A stretch of DNA of 24,000 nt from an uncultured Desulfurococcaceae archaeon (lineage in GTDB: Archaea > Thermoproteota > Thermoprotei_A > Sulfolobales > NBVN01), in contig CAYOJG010000005.1 of the NCBI GenBank assembly GCA_964404265.1, positions 33,668-57,667 on the forward strand. Reading direction: 5' to 3'. The translations under genes and the position numbers were made by a program. The notes beneath the pieces were generated by a model. That model was not told where the DNA came from. It worked only from the letters and a program-made list of their open reading frames with translations, and did no database searches. This document shows positions 17,635-24,000 of the stretch, in pieces; positions within the stretch are counted from its first letter, which is position 1; each line of letters starts with the position of its first letter.

Positions 17635-17652
17635 AACGCTTTAAAAAGCGTT
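17635..17652 (-). promoter_or_regulatory. Palindromic TATA region of rpl7ae (also the T-tract after gltX)
   Basis: aacgcttt-aa-aaagcgtt has 8-bp arms. On the minus strand it reads AACGCTTTTTAAAGCGTT, centred about 40-45 nt upstream of the probable L7Ae AUGs and 17 nt downstream of the gltX stop. Confidence 0.45.
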
Positions 17653-17668
17653 ACCTACTGAAGGAAAC

Positions 17669-19444
17669 CTACTCATGGATGAATACAGCCTTAACAGGCT
17701 TCCCGGGCTCCTGAATCTTGATGAAGCCGAACCTGACGAGCTGCGCCTTCTCACCCTTCTCCAGCATGCCTAGTTCAGGCTCCGCCACAGCCTTAATGGT
17801 TCTCAACTCAAGCTCCTCAGGAACGACTATCTCTGCCTCAATACTTCCTTCCCTAGGGACCCACTGCACGATGCTGTATCCCTTCTCCCTCGCGTCGTTG
17901 AGTGATGTGCCTGCGTAAACCCCTTCAGCCACATCCCTGCTGACATCCTCAATCTGGACGTTGCAGAACTCCATGAGCCTCATCCCTCCTTTCCTAGTAG
18001 CTTTCTCCAGATCCTGCGCCTCTACATAGACCTCGAGAACACCGTTGTTCGGGGTTAGCTTAATCGTTCTCTTCCCTAACTCCTGATTATCGGGATGGTT
18101 AGGTATAGTTACTTCGGCAGGCCCCCCGTACTCATTAATACGTAGGAGGACAGGCTTCGTTACTGCCATAAGCCTCTTCGTTTTAGGGTCTATGAGCTTC
18201 CTGTTCGCGGCCGCTATGTTGTCCCAGCTCACCACCGCGTCGGTGGACTTAGCCCCCACATCCATAATTATCTGCCTTATCGCCTCAGCCTCTATTCCTC
18301 TGTTTCTGAGTGAGGCTATAGTCCCGAACCTTATGTCGTCAGGGCCGCTGAACCTTCCGGGGTTCTCTGACATTATTTTCTTGATCTGTGACTTGCTGAG
18401 TATTAGACCTTCGAGCTTGAGCCTGCCTAAATTAATTACTTCAGGGTATTCCCAGCCCATATGGGCGTATAGGTAGGACTGCTTAACCGTGTTTATGGAG
18501 TGTTCCTTACCTCTAAGTATGTGGGTTACTTGGAGTAGGTGGTCGTCAACACCTGCCGCGAAGTTATATGTCGGCCAGGCCGCATATCTGGAACCTACTA
18601 TCGGGTGCGGGTTTTTGTCAGTATCTATTATTCTGAAGGCTACCCAGTCAATCACCGACGGGTCCTTATGGGTGATTTCCGTCTTAACCCTTAGGACCGC
18701 CTCCCCCTCACCGAAGTGTCCGTTAATCATTTTCTCGAAGAGCTCCAGGTTCCTCTCGATTTCCTGGTTCCTGTGCGGGCATGGCTTCCTAGCCAGTTTA
18801 TATGTCCTGAACTCCTCCTGAGTGCAGAGATCTACGTAAGCCCCTCCCCTCCTAATAAGCTCCTTAGCCATGTCGTAGTATATCCCCATCCTTAGGGACT
18901 GGATGTATTCCTCCTGCCACTCAACGCCGAGCCATCTTAGATCCTCCTTGATGAGTTTGTAGGCTTCAGGCATGGGAGGCTTGGTCTTAGGGTCTGTGTC
19001 CTCGAAGCGCAGAATCATGACCCCTTCATACATCTTTGCGTATTCGTGGCTAAGTATGGCGGGCCTTGCGTTACCTAGATGTATTAGGAAGTCCGGGTTG
19101 GGGGCGAACCTTGTCCTTACCTTCCCCCACTTATCCACGTTAGGCAGTGGCGGCAGGCCCTTCCTCTCCTCCTTAGCCTCCTTCCGCTGCAGTAGCTCGG
19201 GATACTCTTTCTCGAGAATCCTCTGCTGCTCCTCCAGAGGGATTGAGTTAACCTCCTTCACGGCCTCGGCAGCCGCCCTAGCCACGTCCTTAGCCCTAGT
19301 CCTCAGCTCGGGATGTCTGCCGAGAACCTTACTTATGACGGGGCCGGGAACTGCCTTACCTCCGTGCTCCACAGCGTTGAGGAGGGCGTAGCCCCTTAAC
19401 TCCCTCAGAACCTCCTCAGGCAGGGGCTCTTCACCCATAATCAC
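17669..19444 (-). CDS. gltX: Glutamate--tRNA ligase (archaeal GlxRS type)
   Basis: 591 aa. It has an N-terminal YALLNAVEHGGKA region typical of archaeal GluRS. It also has the class-I signature RFAPNPDFLIHLGNARPA, then LRFEDTDP and the ILSKS loop. Its GTG start overlaps the stop of the upstream ORF (GTGA). Confidence 0.9.
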   Translation of the reverse strand: MIMGEEPLPEEVLRELRGYALLNAVEHGGKAVPGPVISKVLGRHPELRTRAKDVARAAAEAVKEVNSIPLEEQQRILEKEYPELLQRKEAKEERKGLPPLPNVDKWGKVRTRFAPNPDFLIHLGNARPAILSHEYAKMYEGVMILRFEDTDPKTKPPMPEAYKLIKEDLRWLGVEWQEEYIQSLRMGIYYDMAKELIRRGGAYVDLCTQEEFRTYKLARKPCPHRNQEIERNLELFEKMINGHFGEGEAVLRVKTEITHKDPSVIDWVAFRIIDTDKNPHPIVGSRYAAWPTYNFAAGVDDHLLQVTHILRGKEHSINTVKQSYLYAHMGWEYPEVINLGRLKLEGLILSKSQIKKIMSENPGRFSGPDDIRFGTIASLRNRGIEAEAIRQIIMDVGAKSTDAVVSWDNIAAANRKLIDPKTKRLMAVTKPVLLRINEYGGPAEVTIPNHPDNQELGKRTIKLTPNNGVLEVYVEAQDLEKATRKGGMRLMEFCNVQIEDVSRDVAEGVYAGTSLNDAREKGYSIVQWVPREGSIEAEIVVPEELELRTIKAVAEPELGMLEKGEKAQLVRFGFIKIQEPGKPVKAVFIHE

Positions 19445-19869
19445 CGCCTCCTTACATACACCCTGTAGTGATCCTCCCTTTCTCCGAGGACTTCCTCAAT
19501 AAGAACTATTTCTCCCTGAGCGTATGTTTTAAGGGTTTTTCCCTCACCCTTCCCCGATATTGTGTAACCTATCTTCTCCCACTTCTTCACGTAGTCCCCC
19601 TCATCCTTCGTTATGTATACTTCTGCACCCTTGAATTCGAGGACAGCCACCTCCTCACCCTCCTTCACTGTAACGCATTTCCCGTTCCTTCTGTTACACA
19701 CCTTAACGGTTTTCCTTGCCTTACCCTCAATAAGTAGGGGAGGTATCTCCCTGCACTCAACCTTCCTTTCCCGACCGGCCTCAACTATGAAGCAGTCTGT
19801 GGGGAGGTACCCCTTCCTTATTTCTTTGAGGTCTTCCTTAACCTTCCTAGTTGCTTTACCTTTCTCCAT
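19441..19869 (-). CDS. Hypothetical protein, possibly a biotin/lipoyl-like barrel-sandwich fold (4 Cys)
   Basis: 142-aa ORF wedged between idsA (1-nt gap) and gltX (4-nt overlap). VKEGEEVAVLEFKGAEVYITKDEGDYV resembles the hairpin region of biotinyl/lipoyl domains, reading EFKG where those have EAMKM. Cys residues are at 26, 39, 58 and 65. The fold call is by eye only. Confidence 0.5.
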   Translation of the reverse strand: MEKGKATRKVKEDLKEIRKGYLPTDCFIVEAGRERKVECREIPPLLIEGKARKTVKVCNRRNGKCVTVKEGEEVAVLEFKGAEVYITKDEGDYVKKWEKIGYTISGKGEGKTLKTYAQGEIVLIEEVLGEREDHYRVYVRRR

Positions 19870-19870
19870 C

Positions 19871-20884
19871 TCAGTACTTCCTCTGCGTTATGTATTTGGC
19901 CAAGTCCCTGAGGAGCTTCTTAGCGTCCTCATCAATAACCTGCGTTGCTTCAAGGGCTCCTAGACCGTCCTCAATGTATCTCTCAGCGAGCTCGTCAGCG
20001 TACTCGACGGCCCCCGTGGATTTTATGAGTTCCGCGGCAGCGGCAAGTTCCTCCTTACTCGCCTCCCTGTTCCCTAAGGCCTTAAGCAGCCTGTCCTTCC
20101 CGGGGTCGTCAAGCCTGCTTAGGGCGTATATAACGAGTATCGTTTTCTTACCTTCCCTTAGGTCGCTATACACAGGCTTTCCGAGAACTTTCTCATCACC
20201 TACGAGCCCTAGGATATCGTCCCTTATCTGGAACGCTATACCTATGCATCCAGCGTACTTGCTAAGCTTCTGGATCTCCTCATCCGCCGCCCCTGCGAGA
20301 GTGGCCCCTATAACTAGGCTTGATTTGAAGAGGGCTGCTGTCTTCTTGAATATCATGTCTATGTATTCCTCAACGGTGACGTCCTCCCTCTTCTCGAAGT
20401 CCATATCCATTGCCTGACCTTCAGCGACAGTTACTGCTGCCCAGTCAAGCTCCTTCATCGCCTTAAGCAGTAGTTCAGGAACCACGTCACCTTCAAGCCT
20501 TCCAAGGGCCTCGAACGCCTTCGCGAATAGGAGGTCTCCGGCAAGGATGGCTGAGTCGACACCATACACCACATGTACTGTGGGGACACCCCTCCTCATA
20601 GTGTCCTTATCCATTATGTCGTCATGTACGAGGGTGAAGTTATGGAGAAGCTCTACGGAAGCCCCCGCCCTGATCCCCAGCTCTTCGGGGAGGCCGTACA
20701 TCCTTCCCGCAAGAACTGTTGCTAGCGGGCGGAGCCTCTTACCTCCCGCCTTGATGAGGTGGGCCGACGCGTCGTACAGCTCCTTCGGCTCACCGGTAAG
20801 TATCTCCGCAATAACCCTATCGACCTCCTTAGCGACGCTTTTCGCGTAGTTAAGGAGCTCACTGAATTCCTCCACTGAATCCAC
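19871..20884 (-). CDS. idsA: Geranylgeranyl diphosphate synthase (short-chain trans-prenyltransferase)
   Basis: 337 aa. The first Asp-rich motif is LVHDDIMD, with Phe five residues upstream (a short-chain determinant). The second motif is FQIRDDILGLVGDEKVLGKPVYSDLREGKKT. Confidence 0.88.
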   Translation of the reverse strand: MDSVEEFSELLNYAKSVAKEVDRVIAEILTGEPKELYDASAHLIKAGGKRLRPLATVLAGRMYGLPEELGIRAGASVELLHNFTLVHDDIMDKDTMRRGVPTVHVVYGVDSAILAGDLLFAKAFEALGRLEGDVVPELLLKAMKELDWAAVTVAEGQAMDMDFEKREDVTVEEYIDMIFKKTAALFKSSLVIGATLAGAADEEIQKLSKYAGCIGIAFQIRDDILGLVGDEKVLGKPVYSDLREGKKTILVIYALSRLDDPGKDRLLKALGNREASKEELAAAAELIKSTGAVEYADELAERYIEDGLGALEATQVIDEDAKKLLRDLAKYITQRKY

Positions 20885-20906
20885 CGATTTTGTTAATCAA
20901 TCTCCT

Positions 20907-22004
20907 TTATAAGCAGGGACTTTTCTCGCCTGGGAGGACGAGGTTCCTTGCCTCAACCCACTGCTTGAGAAGGGATGTGAGTATGACGGGCCTCTCCCTC
21001 AACTCATCCACGTTTCTCGCGCCGGCCATCATTAACGCCATCCTTAAGGCCTGAATGAATCCTTCAGTGAACTCCTTCAGAGTCCCTTTCTCGTACGCAA
21101 CAAGGAACGGCCTAGCCATCCCTACGAGTGAGGCCCCTAATCTCAGAAGCTTAACGGCGTCGTGGGCCGTCCTCACGCCTCCTGACCCTATGATTACTGC
21201 GTGGGGGGCCGCGTTCCATACCTCAATAACTGAGGCCGCTGTAGGTATCCCCCAATCGAGTAGGTTGGTTGCGACAGCTTCCTTGACAGCGTCACCCGAC
21301 TCCCTCGCCCTATACTTCTCTACGAGTACCCAGTTAGTTCCTCCGGAGCCTTGCGTGTCGAAGTGGTTTATTCCTCCCTTAGCGAAGGATAGCGCGACCT
21401 CGTAGGACAGGCCGTTACCCACCTCCTTAATTATTATGGGTACTTGAAGCCTGTCCTTAAGCTCCAGCACCCTGCTAAGTATTCCTTTGAATGAGGGTGT
21501 TCCTTCGGGCTGTGCAGCCTCCTGCGCGAGGTTCAGATGTATAGCCAGCGCGTCCGCCTCAATCATGCTTACTGAGGCCTCAACCTTCTCGGTAGGGTAC
21601 TTCATCACTTCGGCCGCCCCTATATTACCTATTATTGGGGCTTCAGGCGCCTCCTCCCTAACAACTCTGTAGGTGTATGAGAGGGAAGGGTTTTCTAGGG
21701 CAGCCCTCTGGCTACCCACACCCATCGCTAGGCCGAACTCCCTCGCCACTGCTGCGAGAGCCCTGTTAATCCTCTCTGTTCCGGGGGCCCCGCCCGTCAT
21801 CCCTGAAATAACTATGGGTGCCTTAATCCTCTTACCCAGGAACTCAGTGTCGAGCTTCACGTCCTCAGGCCCTACTCCGGGGGCTGCCTGATGAGGTATG
21901 AAGACATACTCAAGCATTGTTGTTAGAGGACCCTCCACATCCTTCTCTAGAACTATTCTCAGGTGGTCGAGCTTCCTCTCCTGGTTCGCGTCCTTCAGAA
22001 CCAT
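20907..22004 (-). CDS. fni: Isopentenyl-diphosphate delta-isomerase, type 2 (FMN-dependent)
   Basis: 365 aa with TIM-barrel motifs ISGMTGG, QGSGGTNW and IGSGGVRTAHD. Its ATG overlaps the IPK 3' end by 10 nt. Confidence 0.9.
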   Translation of the reverse strand: MVLKDANQERKLDHLRIVLEKDVEGPLTTMLEYVFIPHQAAPGVGPEDVKLDTEFLGKRIKAPIVISGMTGGAPGTERINRALAAVAREFGLAMGVGSQRAALENPSLSYTYRVVREEAPEAPIIGNIGAAEVMKYPTEKVEASVSMIEADALAIHLNLAQEAAQPEGTPSFKGILSRVLELKDRLQVPIIIKEVGNGLSYEVALSFAKGGINHFDTQGSGGTNWVLVEKYRARESGDAVKEAVATNLLDWGIPTAASVIEVWNAAPHAVIIGSGGVRTAHDAVKLLRLGASLVGMARPFLVAYEKGTLKEFTEGFIQALRMALMMAGARNVDELRERPVILTSLLKQWVEARNLVLPGEKSPCL

Positions 22005-22783
22005 ACCACAGTACCTCCTACGTTTCCTTTGAGGGCGTTAAATAAGTTGTTAGGGACCCTCCCGCTTATGACGGACACCTTAACGCCCTCAACACCTAGG
22101 TCCAGTCCTATCTTCAGCTTCTCAAGCATTGCCCCAGTAACGCTCACACCTCCTCCACTGAATGAGGCCTCCTCCACAATTCTGCGGGCTTCAGCCTCCT
22201 TAATGAGTTCAGCATCGCTGAATCTCTTAGGGTCCTTACTGTAGATTCCCTCAACATCGGTGACGAATATTATCTCCCCTCCACCGGCCTGGAGAAGGAT
22301 TAGCCAGGTGAGGAGGTCACCAGAAATAACTTCGTACTTTCCCGCCCCTTCATTAAGTATGACGTCCCCGAAAGTCACTGGGGTTAGGCCGGAGTTAAGA
22401 AGCTTTATTAGTGGTGTTAGGTCGCATGCTGTCCCTTCAGAGTCTCTGAAGCATACGGCTCTCGGAGGAATCGAGACTGCCGGGACCCCGCTGCTGAGGA
22501 GTGCCTCCATGACGTAGTTGTTCAGCTGGAGCATGTGGTGAGCTACCCTAGAGTAGCATCCCGTATCCATCCCTCCGTAGGTTTCGAGGCATTCCTTAAC
22601 TAGGGGATGGCCGAAGGACCCGCCTCCATGCACAACCGCTACAGGCCCGGTATCCCCCAACTTAAGGTATTTCCCTATCTCCTCAGCGAGCCTCAGCAGC
22701 GTCGGCGCGTCTATGTCGAGGGGGCTTTCCTTAGGGGCTATTACAGAGCCTCCCAGCTTAACTATCTTCAGCCCTGCCCCCAA
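21995..22783 (-). CDS. ipk: Isopentenyl phosphate kinase
   Basis: 262 aa of the amino-acid-kinase fold, with IVKLGGSVI, VAVVHGGGSFGHP and IFVTDVEGIYSKDPKRF. The only canonical start that keeps the KLGGS motif is TTG 22783. Confidence 0.88.
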   Translation of the reverse strand: MGAGLKIVKLGGSVIAPKESPLDIDAPTLLRLAEEIGKYLKLGDTGPVAVVHGGGSFGHPLVKECLETYGGMDTGCYSRVAHHMLQLNNYVMEALLSSGVPAVSIPPRAVCFRDSEGTACDLTPLIKLLNSGLTPVTFGDVILNEGAGKYEVISGDLLTWLILLQAGGGEIIFVTDVEGIYSKDPKRFSDAELIKEAEARRIVEEASFSGGGVSVTGAMLEKLKIGLDLGVEGVKVSVISGRVPNNLFNALKGNVGGTVVWF

Positions 22784-23540
22784 CTAGCTCAACCTCCAGG
22801 AGGTCTGCATGGGTCAGGGACTTGACGACGGCGAAGCATTTCCCTTCCTCCCGAGGTAGGGGGATTCCGTAGATCAGGTGCCATATAGAGTTGCTTAGCC
22901 TTAAGGCCCTCCTGAACTCCTTATCTTTCGCTGAGAGGGTTCTGAACCCCTCTATAGCAGCTATCCCTGCCAGATGAGTAACGACGTCGGGATCGAGGGG
23001 CTCGACATAGTTCAGCTCCGCTGTACCCACAACCTCCGTCTGCGCTACGACGTGGCTAGTGAGCTCTATCTCCCCCTCACCCCTCCTCCATATGTAGGGC
23101 TTCGCGTGGAACACATGCTTCCTCAACGCATACACGGAATCATCCACACCAACCTCAGCATCAACAACTTCGGCAGCGGTAACTATCCTTCTGTCGAGCG
23201 GTCCTCCCATGGATTCAAGCATTGCGTTAGTTAGGGCTACATACATGAATGTCTCGTTAAGTTTCCCGCTGTGCTGTATGGAGAGCCTCATGAGGGCTGT
23301 TGAAGCCGTCTCCTTCCTTAATGTGTGGTAGAATGAAGCCACCGCTGCAACAACCTCGTCACTCACGTCCCCCTCAATCTCTATTCCTCCGCCGTCACCC
23401 TCGATCGATGCTTCCACAATAACCCTCTCCCCTGTTGGGACGACGAGAACCGGGTTGCTCCGGTTGGGGATCGGGACATATATTAGAGGGATCCATTCGG
23501 TCAGCTCCTTCTTAACCTTGTACATGCCGTTCTTCCTCAC
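22758..23540 (-). CDS. Uncharacterised protein in the isoprenoid operon (possible degenerate GHMP-kinase-like fold)
   Basis: 260-aa ORF (GTG 23540, or ATG 23525 giving MYKVKKE...). Its 3' end overlaps ipk by 26 nt. There is weak by-eye resemblance to GHMP motifs: NPVLVVPTGERVIV against PxKVILxGEHxVV, and LSIQHSGKLNETFMYVALTNAM against the GLGSSAA loop region. The phosphate-binding Gly/Ser loop is absent. Confidence 0.6.
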   Translation of the reverse strand: MRKNGMYKVKKELTEWIPLIYVPIPNRSNPVLVVPTGERVIVEASIEGDGGGIEIEGDVSDEVVAAVASFYHTLRKETASTALMRLSIQHSGKLNETFMYVALTNAMLESMGGPLDRRIVTAAEVVDAEVGVDDSVYALRKHVFHAKPYIWRRGEGEIELTSHVVAQTEVVGTAELNYVEPLDPDVVTHLAGIAAIEGFRTLSAKDKEFRRALRLSNSIWHLIYGIPLPREEGKCFAVVKSLTHADLLEVELVGGRAEDS

Positions 23541-23574
23541 TGGGAACTTTATGCGTCAGGAGGTAATAACTAGG

Positions 23575-24000
23575 TCAGTACACCCGTACGGCTGCATAGC
23601 CCACGACCCACGCCCTCTCGCCGGTCACGTCCCCTGAGGTGGCGTACTTCAGTACCTCCGCCCCTTCACCCCCGTTCTCTTTAGCGTAGTATAGGAGCGT
23701 CATCACCGGGCCGTAACCACACATCGATATGTCTTTCTCGATAACTATTTTGTATAGGCCTTCAGGATCCATGGAAGTTATTTTCTCTAGGGCTTCCCTA
23801 TCCTTCCTCACAGCGATCTCGTGGGGTTCGTAGTGGCTCATGTCTGAGGACGCTATTATGGTTACGTCTCTCCCGAGCTTCTTCACGGCCTCAGTAATCG
23901 CTTTCGCGAGGTCCTTAGATGTTTCCGGGGCCTGATACATCACAGTTATCGGCACTATGGTTACTTCGCTGAAGAGGTATTGGAGGAACGGTATCTGTAC
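23575..24000 (-). CDS. Memo-like protein (AmmeMemoRadiSam system protein B family), 5'-truncated by the window end
   Basis: The frame stays open to base 24000 upstream of the GTG at 23955 and reads VQIPFLQYLF. IASSDMSHYEPH and SMCGYGP then follow, and the C-terminus is VVGYAAVRVY. These are hallmark Memo/extradiol-dioxygenase-like motifs. Confidence 0.8.
   Translation of the reverse strand, partial: VQIPFLQYLFSEVTIVPITVMYQAPETSKDLAKAITEAVKKLGRDVTIIASSDMSHYEPHEIAVRKDREALEKITSMDPEGLYKIVIEKDISMCGYGPVMTLLYYAKENGGEGAEVLKYATSGDVTGERAWVVGYAAVRVY

Noticed and set aside
1-24000. Stop-codon reassignment as an explanation for the altered NIKS/YxCxxxF motifs of aRF1.
   Set aside because: TAA (for example feoB, ndk, rpl7ae, fni), TAG (tmcA, cdc48, infB, gltX, rps28e) and TGA (argS, prf1, rpl24e, idsA, ipk) all terminate conserved genes at the expected lengths within this window.
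1-24000. CRISPR arrays, transposases/integrases, toxin-antitoxin pairs or known defence-system genes.
   Set aside because: I saw no regularly spaced direct repeats and no recombinase, nuclease or defence-type motifs in any ORF. The window is core housekeeping genome.

Overview
This is a densely packed, almost entirely housekeeping chromosomal segment of an archaeon. Supporting evidence: an L7Ae-S28e-L24e-NDK cluster, aIF5B, aRF1, CDC48, TmcA, an Nre-type protein, type-2 IDI/IPK/GGPP-synthase isoprenoid genes, AGG/ATA-rich codon usage, and short AT-rich TATA-type intergenic regions. These suggest a thermophilic crenarchaeal/TACK-type lineage, but I cannot assign an organism from sequence alone. 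I support 23 protein-coding genes, two of them truncated by the window edges, plus one intein. I found no rRNA, tRNA, CRISPR array, transposase/integrase or recognisable defence genes, so this looks like core genome rather than an accessory island. I did not find a convincing complete novel multi-gene system. Eight points merit a second look. (1) The aRF1 homologue has all three signature motifs altered, including GGQ read as GGW. (2) An uncharacterised 260-aa ORF overlaps the start of the isopentenyl phosphate kinase gene, in the position where I recall mvk lying in some archaeal isoprenoid clusters. By eye it shows only degenerate GHMP-kinase-like motifs. (3) A four-gene island of small proteins contains two Cys-rich proteins with a shared CP-aromatic motif, a small wHTH protein, and palindromic promoter elements. 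(4) A 366-aa intein splits the P-loop of aIF5B, and its LAGLIDADG blocks look degenerate. (5) A perfect 55-nt repeat links the D1 and D2 AAA modules of CDC48, which suggests intragenic gene conversion. (6) The L7Ae leader contains a candidate K-turn hairpin that covers the start codons. (7) The conserved N-terminal Cys motif of the Nre gene lies upstream of any canonical start codon. (8) A Cys-rich 142-aa ORF with a biotin/lipoyl-like stretch is translationally coupled between idsA and gltX. All family assignments come from motif recognition by eye. No database or HMM search was run.
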